20,000 nucleotides of DNA from Atractiella rhizophila. Taxonomy: Eukaryota. Of this stretch, positions 1 to 9,012 are shown piece after piece. The notes under the pieces were generated by a model. The model was not told the DNA's origin. It saw only the letters and a list, made by a program, of their open reading frames with translations, and ran no database searches. The translations under genes and the position numbers were made by a program. The stretch is taken from assembly GCA_021432655.1 (NCBI GenBank), contig MU271421.1, positions 44,240 to 64,239 on the forward strand. Direction: 5' to 3'. Numbering within the stretch: position 1 is the stretch's first letter; each line of letters opens with the position of its first letter.

Positions 1-1328
1 ACTTTGTCCTTATTTAAGACCTTGATCGCATAGGCAAGCCCGTTCGTGGCGCTCGCAGCGAGGTGGACGCGTCCAAAGGTCCCTGTTCCAACGGTACGTT
101 TGAGGTGGAAGTCACGACGGATGTCGTATTTGTGCGTTGCCGGAGTGCGGAGCGAAGTTGTAGTTGCCGCTGGGGTCGAAGGGGATTGAGCGGTGGAAAT
201 GGCGACTGGCGACGGTGTGGGATAGGCGTTGTAGGTGGGATAGGAAGAGGTATGGTGGTGCGAGATCGGGTGTTTGGATTTGAAAGGAGGGATAGGACCT
301 GGGACGAGAGTCTTGAGGTTGGTCGTGTCTTGACCGTTTTGAGAGCCGTTCTCATGTCCGTTACTGGACTCATACGAAGGATAGGCAAGTCCGGAAGGCA
401 CCTGCTGAGGCTGAGTAGAAGACTGGACTTGAGAATGCGTGTAATGGTGATGATCCTTATTTAAGACCTTGATCGCATAGGCAAGCCCGTTCGTGGCGCT
501 CGCAGCGAGGTGGACGCGTCCAAAGGTCCCTGTTCCAACGGTACGTTTGAGGTGGAAGTCACGACGGATGTCGTATTTGTGCGTTGGCGGAGTGCGGAGC
601 GAAGTTGTAGTTGCCGCTGGGGTCGAAGGGGATTGAGCGGTGGAAATGGCGACTGGCGACGGTGTGGGATAGGCGTTGTAGGTGGGATAGGAAGAGGTAT
701 GGTGGTGCGAGATCGGGTGTTTGGATTTGAAAGGGGGGATAGGACCTGGGACGAGAGTCTTGAGGTTGGTCGTGTCTTGACCGTTTTGAGAGCCGTTCTC
801 ATGTCCGTTACTGGACTCATACGAAGGATAGGCAAGTCCGGAAGGCACTTGCTGAGGCTGAGTAGAAGCCTGGACTTGAGAATGCGTGTAATGGTGATGA
901 GGTTCCCTATCGAGTGCGACGTGTTGTAGGGTGAGATCTCCATCTTCAAATGTACCATCGTCGCTGGTGTCCATCATGATATCCTTGGCGCCAATTCCGA
1001 CTTTGTGCGGCTTCCCATCCCTAGCCAACCCCGGAGTGGGATATCCTCCAACGCCTCCGTGCACAGAGAGGACGACTTCGGAGGACTTGTCCGTGTTCGA
1101 GGAACGTGAGGAGTCCCGCGAGTGTTGCGTCCCCTTCTTCCCTGGACGCCGGAACTTGTTGGTTGCGTTGGAGAGGAAGTTGGGCGTGTGTGGACGGGAC
1201 ATTGATCTTCTTTTGGCGACTATCGCTGCTGGTGGTAACGGCGGGAGTGGCGGTGGTTGATGTGATCTGGAAGGAGGGCTGTTGGAGGAGAGGTTCGAAT
1301 TGGACTTGAGACGACGGATAAAGGACAT
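1..1328 (-). CDS. cAMP-dependent protein kinase (PKA/AGC family) catalytic subunit, 5' part; continues beyond the left edge
   Basis: Open frame from ATG at 1328 (MSFIRRLKSNSN...) to position 1 with no stop, which is why it is absent from the ORF track. After a long Pro/Ser/His-rich N-terminus it reads YDIRRDFHLKRTVGTGTFGRVHLAASATNGLAYAIKVLNKDK, i.e. the Gly-rich loop and the AIK lysine typical of fungal PKA catalytic subunits. Contains an in-frame 149-codon duplication. Confidence 0.88.
   Translation of the reverse strand, partial: MSFIRRLKSNSNLSSNSPPSRSHQPPPLPPLPPAAIVAKRRSMSRPHTPNFLSNATNKFRRPGKKGTQHSRDSSRSSNTDKSSEVVLSVHGGVGGYPTPGLARDGKPHKVGIGAKDIMMDTSDDGTFEDGDLTLQHVALDREPHHHYTHSQVQASTQPQQVPSGLAYPSYESSNGHENGSQNGQDTTNLKTLVPGPIPPFKSKHPISHHHTSSYPTYNAYPTPSPVAISTAQSPSTPAATTTSLRTPPTHKYDIRRDFHLKRTVGTGTFGRVHLAASATNGLAYAIKVLNKDHHHYTHSQVQSSTQPQQVPSGLAYPSYESSNGHENGSQNGQDTTNLKTLVPGPIPPFKSKHPISHHHTSSYPTYNAYPTPSPVAISTAQSPSTPAATTTSLRTPATHKYDIRRDFHLKRTVGTGTFGRVHLAASATNGLAYAIKVLNKDK
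7..900. repeat. Direct tandem duplication, 447-bp unit (7-453 and 454-900)
   Basis: Both units start TCCTTATTTAAGACC and end GTAATGGTGATGA. I counted 4 substitutions and no indels; 447 = 149 codons. Confidence 0.97.
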
Positions 1329-1761
1329 GTCAGTATGGTGCTATATTTTGGTGATAATTATGGGTAGAATGGAATTTTGATGATTTGTCGAGGGAGTACA
1401 GAAGAAAGGGACAAGTGGTGTGAATGGGGAGGACGAAGGAAGAAGGAAGAAAGCTGACCTTTATATCTGGCACTCGCTAGCCCAAAGTGTAAAGCTACAA
1501 GGCCCAAGGGTTCTTTTAAGTGATGCTCAGCGCTAGGGAGAGATAAGAATATTGGGGATATGTTTGCCAGATGCAAGTTGGAATGAAAGAAAGGGACAAC
1601 AATGGGATCTCCCATCTCCTACCCACGTGACAACTCTATTCACCCTTCCCAAATCAACAAGCCAAACAATATTTACTTTTAACTTCAAAGTTTGAACCTT
1701 ATCAAAGTCATTTAGCAATTCATTTTACTATTGTCATTGTCACACTATTCAGAGCAGGAGA

Positions 1762-2349
1762 ATGGAGGCACTCACGAGGAAGCCACAGAAGGATGGAACG
1801 ACCCACTACTTTCACGGCCACCGTCGCTACTCCTTTATAACCCATGACGTGGATGAACTGACAGAGCTGCGAGCTCGAGAAAGGACGTTCGATGGTGGAC
1901 CTTTTCCTCCTATTGTATATATAAGGAAGTATATTGAGGTATGGAATGATCAGGGGCATACATCCGAACAGCCCTCGGAAACATCACATATGCGCTCGTG
2001 ATTCTCAAAATATTCTCTCCCTCCTTCGCACCAAGTACGTCACCTCCAAAGCAGAACATAAAAGCACACTGAAACAAAATCCCTAGTCGGAATATGCTAC
2101 ATCTGCATAGCCGCCATCCTCCTCCTCATCTCCCTCCACCGGCGTTCTCACTCCAACCACGACCTCGCAGACGTTTACAAGCCCAAGCCCGCTCCTCAGG
2201 AGGCGAAAGCAGCTGGAGGTGGAACGGGAGGAATGATTTGGGGTCGTGCTTTTCGAACCAGCGGAGTGTCCGTCGTTATCCTCAGTGGGGTCGTCACGGC
2301 GCTCGAGGTCGCTCTGTTGGTGTTGCTCTGGAGGATTGGTGATGATTGA
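1762..2349 (+). CDS. DUF202-like small membrane protein, ~158 aa; exons 1762-1894, 1954-2034, 2087-2349
   Basis: Phase-consistent GT-AG splicing gives ...ELTELRARERTFDGAYIRTALGNITYALVILKIFSPSFAPIGICYICIAAILLLISLHRR...AFRTSGVSVVILSGVVTALEVALLVLLWRIGDD*. The RxxxRTFxGAYxRTAL motif followed by three hydrophobic helices resembles fungal DUF202 proteins. Confidence 0.82.
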
Positions 2350-3102
2350 AGTGGTAACTGGAGGTGAAGGTGAAGGTGAGCGCTAGATCTTCTTTTACTG
2401 GTAGATCGAGGAAGGAAGCGTCTGTAACGGTTATTGAATGACGTACTGAGGGTCGACCCTGTGGGTCACTCTGCAGCGCACTCGAGCAGCAGCTTCCAGT
2501 TTATGTGCTCTGTGCTCCGCCCTCTCCCAACTCCTACCAGCAAGGGGAAGTCGGAGCGAGCCCGTAAACGCTTCTGTCTCAGAGTTTTTCTTATTTCCTA
2601 ATCATCTCTTTGTTATGTTAGGACGCTAACGTAGCTGATCCCATGTCTGTGCATGTAGAATCTGTGTATTACATTGAACTCGTCTTTTCCTTCGTTAGCG
2701 ACGCAAGACGAACCGTTAAAGTCCATTATCTAGCGTTTCTTCATCAATGCAACCGTGCGTATATGCCTGATGTCAATGAATACGGGACTGACGCGTCGGG
2801 CTGCTCTAGCCTTGAAAGGCATCAATGGTTAACAACTACCCAAAGGTCTAATAAAGAGGCTTGGTGCGAATAGCCTCGCTATGGAACACCTCACTGTCAC
2901 TATTGTTCGAGCAATATTTGCGCAAATGAAATGCAGTCATTGGACGTAGTGCCTCATACCGAAAAGACATTCTGTAGACATTCAAGTGATTGCGTCCTAT
3001 CCCATCTTAGTTGATTCTGGATCGGTTCGTGCAGCAGTGGCCATATTTATTTTCCATTTCACAGTACTATTCCCATACATCAACGAAGGAGTTGGTGGGC
3101 AT

Positions 3103-3222
3103 CTACCAAGGAAGGATCTTGTCCTCCGTGTCGACGGCATAAAACTTGTTCGCCGTTTGAGGAGTGACTTGATTAATGATGGCGAGGGAATCCTTGACGC
3201 TCATATCTGCGGTGTAAGAGGG
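3103..3222 (-). pseudogene. Orphan copy of the last exon of the SDR gene (possibly an allelic copy)
   Basis: 120-nt exon PSYTADMSVKDSLAIINQVTPQTANKFYAVDTEDKILPW* with its CAG acceptor. It matches 4422-4541 with 4 differences, and the upstream exons are missing. Confidence 0.8.
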
Positions 3223-3282
3223 CTGTAACGATATGTCCATGTTAACATTGCTCACGAGTATATTGAGGTATGGAATGATCAG

Positions 3283-3678
3283 GGGCATACATCCGAACAG
3301 CGCTCGGAAACATCACATATGCACTCGTGATCCTCAAAATATTCTCTCCCTCCTTCGCACCAAGTACGTCACCTCCAAAGCAGAACATAAAAAGCACACT
3401 GAAGGAAATCGCTAGTCGGAATATGCTACATCTGCATAGCCGCTATCCTCCTCCTCATCTCCCTCCACCGGCGTTCTCACTCCAACCACGACCTCGCAGA
3501 CGTTTACAAGCCCAAACCCGCTCCTCAAGAGGCGAAAGCAGCCGGAGGTGGAACGGGAGGAATGATTTGGGGTCGTGCTTTTCGAACCAGTGGAGTGTCC
3601 GTCGTCATCCTCAGTGGGGTTGTCACGGCGCTCGAGGTCGCTCTTTTGGTGTTGCTCTGGAGGATTGGCGATGATTGA
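3283..3678 (+). pseudogene. Headless second copy of the DUF202-like gene (exons 2-3 only; possibly an allelic copy)
   Basis: Exons 2 and 3 keep intact splice sites and the stop codon and translate identically to the first copy. The duplication begins inside intron 1, so exon 1 and the ATG are absent. Confidence 0.8.
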
Positions 3679-4421
3679 ATTGGTGATTGCCTGTGCCGGT
3701 GAAGGTGAGTGCTAGACCTTCGTTTATTGTAGAGCAAGGGAGGAGGTGTCTCTAACGGTTATAGAGTGACGCACTGAGTGTCGACCCTATGCGTCACTCT
3801 GCATCGAAGTTGAGCAGCCAGTTTATGTGCTCGGTGCTTCTGCCTCTCCCACCTCCTACAGGCAAGGGATAGTTGGAGCGAGGCCGTAAACGCTTCTGTC
3901 CAGAGTTTTCTTGTTTTTCAATTCGATCTCGTGGTTATGTTAGGACCCTGGCGTAGCTGATCCCATTTGTATGCATATAGAATCTGTGTATTACATGGGA
4001 CTTGTCTTGTCCCTCGTTAGTAACGCAATACGAACCGTTGAAGTCCATTATATAGCGTTTCTTCATCACTTAGAATGCAACAGTGCGTATCTGCTTAATG
4101 TCCATGAATACGGGACTGATGCATGGGACTGCTCTAGCCTTGAAAGGCATCGATGATTGACAGCTACCCAAAGGTGCAAAAGTGGCTTGGTGCACGAATA
4201 GCCTCCTATTGAACAACTCACTGTCACTTATGTTCCGGCAATATTGGCGCAAATGAAATGTCATGTCACTTAACGTCGTGCCTAAGACATTCTGTAGACA
4301 TACAAGTGATTTACGCCCTCTTCCAACAGTTGATTCTGGGTCAGTTCGTGCAACATTGGCGATATTCATTTTCCATCTCACAGTACTATTCCGATACATC
4401 AACGAAGGAGTCAGTGGGCAT

Positions 4422-5562
4422 CTACCAAGGAAGGGTCTTGTCCTCCGTGTCAACAGCATAAAACTTGTTCGCCGTTTGAGGAGTGACTTGATTAATGATT
4501 GCGAGGGAATCCTTGACGCTCATATCTGCGGTGTAAGAGGGCTGTAACGATGTGTTTATGTCAACATCGCTCTCGGGGATGAAAGACTGGACGAACCTCG
4601 ACTTTATTATCATCCGGTCCCACTTTACCCATATCAGTCTTCACCCATCCTGGATGCAGCTGCACGAGTATTTTTAGGAATAAGTCCAAAGGGGAACTAT
4701 GAGCAAGCTTACAGCTATAAAAGAGAATCCTTCGTGTCTAAGATTTGCGTCAAATTTCCTCGTCGCCATGTTTAGGGCTATAATCCGAGCCATTCTTTCG
4801 TTAGCCAGCTGAATTGGGAGGGACAGATTGTGAACGACGTACCAGCTTTCGAAACGCTATATGCTCCCCATATGCCGCTGTTCGGCCACATGAGGTCTTT
4901 CAGATTATCGACATGAGCGATAGAGCCAGCAAAGGTGCTTATGTTGACTACTTTGCGTTCGGATCCCTTCTTTAGCAAAGGCAGGAAAGCTTTGGTCGCC
5001 TGTATGGTACCTACGACATTGATGCGGAACTACATAAATGCTCAGAAATAATTGGGAGTAACGTCATTAAGGGAATGTTGCGCACAGACTCGGCAAACAT
5101 GTCGATAGGTATATCGATGAATGCTGTAGGTTCTCCTTTCTCCAGCATCACTCCGGCGTTGTTGATGAGGACATCGATTCTATCAGTCTTGCTAGCGACT
5201 TCAGCTGCGGCGTCCTGTAATAACACATATTGTGGCGTCACGCAGGGTCGTCAACAACCAAAGGGAACGTGAGAAGCAAGTATCCCTCCTTACATTGATG
5301 GATGCCGGATCCGTTATCTCTCCAACAACTACATGGCTATTGGGACCAACTAAAGCAAGCAACTCCTTGGAAGGTTGTCGAGCAATAGCGAAGACTGTGT
5401 TGTTTGGGTCCTTCGAAAGTTGCTTTATCCACTCGAGGCCTGATATCCCCTTTAGAAAATTACGCTTCTAAACAGCCTCGAGCTTCGAGTTCAGTTTTAA
5501 GTAGAAATGAACTGACCTATACCTCTTGCTGAACCCGTAACAACGAATACTCTTGAGGTCAT
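4422..5562 (-). CDS. Short-chain dehydrogenase/reductase (classical SDR, C-factor/CsgA-like), multi-exon
   Basis: Starts MTSRVFVVTGSARGIG (TGxxxGIG). Also contains IDVLINNAGV, KVVNIST, catalytic YSVSK (YxxxK), LHPGWVKTDMG and a C-terminal LPW*. Exons join in frame at GT-AG introns. Confidence 0.92.
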
Positions 5563-5625
5563 ATTGGTCAATTATTTGAAGCTCAAAGCGTGGTCTGGAC
5601 CTTGATGCTGGGAATGGAGGAGCTC

Positions 5626-5633
5626 TTTTTATA
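5626..5633 (-). promoter_or_regulatory. Candidate TATA box for the SDR gene
   Basis: TATAAAAA on the minus strand, ~65 bp upstream of the ATG at 5562. Confidence 0.45.
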
Positions 5634-6970
5634 CTTCAAGTTCCTACATCGAGAGATCCCTAGGATCCATAGGCACGCTCCGGTCTGCGGTAAGCGTGCG
5701 AAACATATGAGCTGCCGACTCAATTGCTGTCCAGGTAATTTCTTGACATGACAAGCCGCACTGGCGAGGCAATAGGAGAATGAATCTCCCGCGGCAGCAG
5801 CTTCGCGTTTACACAAGTGCCTAGGACGCGCCAGACAATGACGAAGCCCTTGGACAGGTTAAGGAAATCAGAGAAAATGCTGTCGTCAGCACGAGGCACG
5901 AGTTATGTGGAGATGGAGATGGTCAGTTTTCCAGCTGACATGTTATTCAGAGTCATTGGCAGGTTGATGCTCGGGAACCCTACATCGGAAGCAAATCCTT
6001 TACAGGATCTATCTCCTCAGGCAGGAGCCTGATCATGGAGTAAGCATCGCCCGCTGTGATTTGACGAAAAGTTGAATTTTGCCAGTAAAACTCGTAATGA
6101 GGAATAGCGCTCAAATGCACAAGACGCTGTGTCCAAGGAGATAAAGAAGATTGGTATGTCATCTTCTAGCGACCTTTCATTTGTTGACATGAGAGACAGA
6201 CATCCTTGACTCCATATAAAACCTCAAATCTTCCTCTCCCCCTTATTCGCGGTGTTCACCACACTTTCAAACTTTAACTCCGGCAGAATCAACAACTTTG
6301 TCTGGAACGACAAATGTCGATTTTGCAGTTAGAAAATAAATTCCAATAGTGATTCGCGTGAAAGAACAAAGATTGAAAATTTCTCAGTTCAGGTTCAACA
6401 TTAGCTCATGCACTCCTGAGTCACCGCATTTCGCAAGTGAATGATTTACATCGCTTACCTGACAACCTGACAAGCCTTAACCAGTTTCGTTATTGTATTG
6501 CGGCAGCAGTCACATCAGTCGCAAGAGAAGGCAGCAGATCCGTAGAGAAACCGTGCCACAAATGTTTCCATCTTCTTCAGTCACTCCTACCCTCATGCTC
6601 ACTCGCTCCAGCACATACCTGTCATTCCTGGCTACGGAAGCACCTCCGTTTGCTATTAGTATCCCAGATTTCGCTCCCGGGGGTTGAGGATATGACAGAC
6701 ATTGAGGAGAGAAGGGAAATGGAAATGTGGAGAAAGGATGTCCTTGTGGTGAGCCTTTGTGTTTCATTCGAGCTATCCATGGCAAAGTTGCAAAGTTCAG
6801 CGTGCAATTGCAATACCCTGCAAATGACAGTTCAGCGTTAACACATCGTTTCCTCAAGCGCTGAACGTTGTTAACAGTCTGACAACGAAGGAAAATTTAT
6901 ATATAATTTCTTTCTTTCCATGAGCTCTACACTTGGTATTGATACAATCCCAAAAACAATTTAACCTCTT

Positions 6971-8482
6971 TTAGTAAGCACCCTGTTCAGGGTACTTGAT
7001 TCCTAGCGCCTGAGCGCGACTTATGGAGCTGGGGTCAAAGTACGGTTTTTCACCAATGCTGACGATCCTGTCCCCAACACGCTTGTCCTTGTAATCGAAG
7101 CTGTAACAAAATCAATCTCTCAGCATGTTGCGAATAGCAGGGAGAGGGGAGAGGACTAACGTAGCGGTGTGATAGGTGCTTCTATTGTCCCATATCGCGA
7201 TGGAGTTCTTTTGCCATTTGAATCGGACTTGAGATGAGTGGTTCTCAATCACATGCCTGTTGATGTATGGAAGTAGAGTGTCGGATTCGTCCCTCGTCAC
7301 TCCAATCAAGCGCTTCGTGAAGCTATTGCAGTCCAGATCAGTCAGATGACAATGTCGATGCATAAAGCAGGCATACTTTTTGTTAACGAAGATGGATTTC
7401 CAACCAGTCACTGGGTTGGTTCTACGCTCAGCAGTTCATAAGTTGCTATCTATGACGAAGATGAGAGGAAGGAAGACGAACCTGATGACCGGATGGACGG
7501 CTTCGAGTTGATCTCCATGGTTGGCGGGATTACCTCGAACTTCATTCCTAAGGCGGAAACCCAGCCTCTCAGCAATGACGCGGAAGAAGTGTGCTTCGTG
7601 TCTCGCTTCCAATCCCTCGAGGAACTTGGCGAAGTTAGGAGAAAGACGGTCGTACTATTTCTTCTGTTGAATTTTGATGAGGAGGTTGTGATCAGGTAAC
7701 GCACAGCATCGTATCCGCTTGCCCACAGAGTATCCCCTCCCGTTTCTGGGAGAGTGTGGATCTCTGCGAATAGTTTGAGCATGAGGGAGCGTAGAAGGCG
7801 TGTGCATACTAAGGATCGCATAGTCAGAAGGAACAGGCTCGAAAGTGATACTATAGGTCATGAGCCAGCTGATCAGCATAAGTATAAAAGAGCCTACTCA
7901 GCGTGCCATCCATTGGAGCTAAGTGTGGGCCTGTCGTCGACGTTCCTGCTGTACTCGGGCCGCCTCTCAGAGGTGATGATGCTGACCTCGTCGCCAAGTT
8001 CGGAGGTCTCTTCAATGACTGGGTGGATGTGCAATGTCGATTCCTAACCTTGAATGAGTGTAATATCTTGTTGAGAAATGATTAACACGCCTTGGGTTTA
8101 CCTGTGAGGCTTCCAAGCTTCCTTCCGAGTTCTTTCTGAGCTTCGATGTCGAGATCTTGAGCTCGGAAGAAGACAACTCCTCTTTGGGAAACTGCTCTCC
8201 GTCAATATCCATTTTGGAATGACGAATCGAAAGAATCTCACCCAAGATAGCCAAGTCGCGGATGAGCTCATCCGCGTTCTCAGCTTTAAGCAGATCGCTC
8301 AATTGAACATCGACAAATTCCGTTCCGATGATAGGCGTCGAATCGAATTTGGTGAATTTGTCGAGAGAGCCGCCGTACTTTAAAGGCGCTTGAAGTGTGT
8401 TTCCTCCGTGCGGAGCAGCTTCTCCGGAGAGGGAGAGGGACTGGACGGCTTCAGTGACTGTAGTGGTGGTGGTAGTCGACAT
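6971..8482 (-). CDS. Alpha-ketoglutarate/Fe(II)-dependent TauD/TfdA-family dioxygenase (JLP1-like sulfonate dioxygenase), multi-exon
   Basis: Starts MSTTTTTTVTEAV. Contains FDSTPIIGTEF, GWHADITFEPVPSDYA (HxD, split by an intron), TGGDTLWASGY, TNPVTGWKSIFVN, RFKWQKNSIAIWDNRSTYH and GEKPYFDP; stop TAA at 6971-6973. Confidence 0.93.
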
Positions 8483-8536
8483 GATACGCTGAGACGAGCT
8501 TTTCAAACTCTGGATGGTCCATATCATCTACCTTCC

Positions 8537-8542
8537 TTTATA
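8537..8542 (-). promoter_or_regulatory. Candidate TATA box for the dioxygenase gene
   Basis: TATAAA on the minus strand, ~55 bp upstream of the ATG at 8482. Confidence 0.4.
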
Positions 8543-9012
8543 CGAGGGACAGCCCACTTTGTCCCCGACAGCAATTAACGGCAGCTATCAGGTAGATGAT
8601 TCTGTCACTTCAGAGACAACCACACCATCATTGCGTGCGATGGTGGTGCCCGTTATTCACTCTGTCGCCATTTGGACTCCGCAACGTGTCAGCAGCGCTA
8701 GGCCTCTCCACTTTGGTATAAACTTAGATAACGACTCAGCCCACTCAGACTCAATTCTTCATTATCAAGAAACATTGCACCAGAGGAAGGCACGATATTC
8801 CCGTCCATTAGTAGGTCTAATGCAAGCTGATAAGACATGATGTGCTATTCGTCCCGCATCAACCAAGACAAGCGGTCTATGGCGCGATGCCGGGGACGGA
8901 TGCTCATCAATCCAGAAGATAACGAGAGACTGAAGTTCGATGCAGTTTGTGAAGCTCATAAACCAAGAGCGCTCATCTGAATCCCTCACTCCTTCAGCCT
9001 AACCTCATCGTC

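Larger units (their letters stand above)
1928..4575. repeat. Diverged direct tandem duplication, ~1.32-kb unit (1928-3256 and 3257-~4575)
   Basis: Both units start AGTATATTGAGGTATGGAATGATCAGGGG and end near GGGCTGTAACGAT..ATGT.AACAT.GCTC. Exons are near-identical; the intergenic middle has many substitutions and small indels. Confidence 0.96.

Noticed and set aside
14..1309. ORFs 14..388, 63..464, 461..958, 510..929, 931..1260 and 1106..1309
   Set aside because: Off-frame or antisense shadows of the kinase frame starting at 1328, which carries the real motifs.
2350..3100. Short ORFs in the duplicated intergenic DNA (2643..2873 and its counterpart 3971..4156)
   Set aside because: The two copies differ by indels and many amino-acid changes, unlike the true exons; no recognisable motifs.
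5640..6960. Short ORFs (5817..6032, 5980..6162, 6437..6841, 6510..6857) and a + strand TATAAAA near 6215
   Set aside because: No recognisable domain or coherent spliced model could be built. A small gene cannot be excluded without RNA data.
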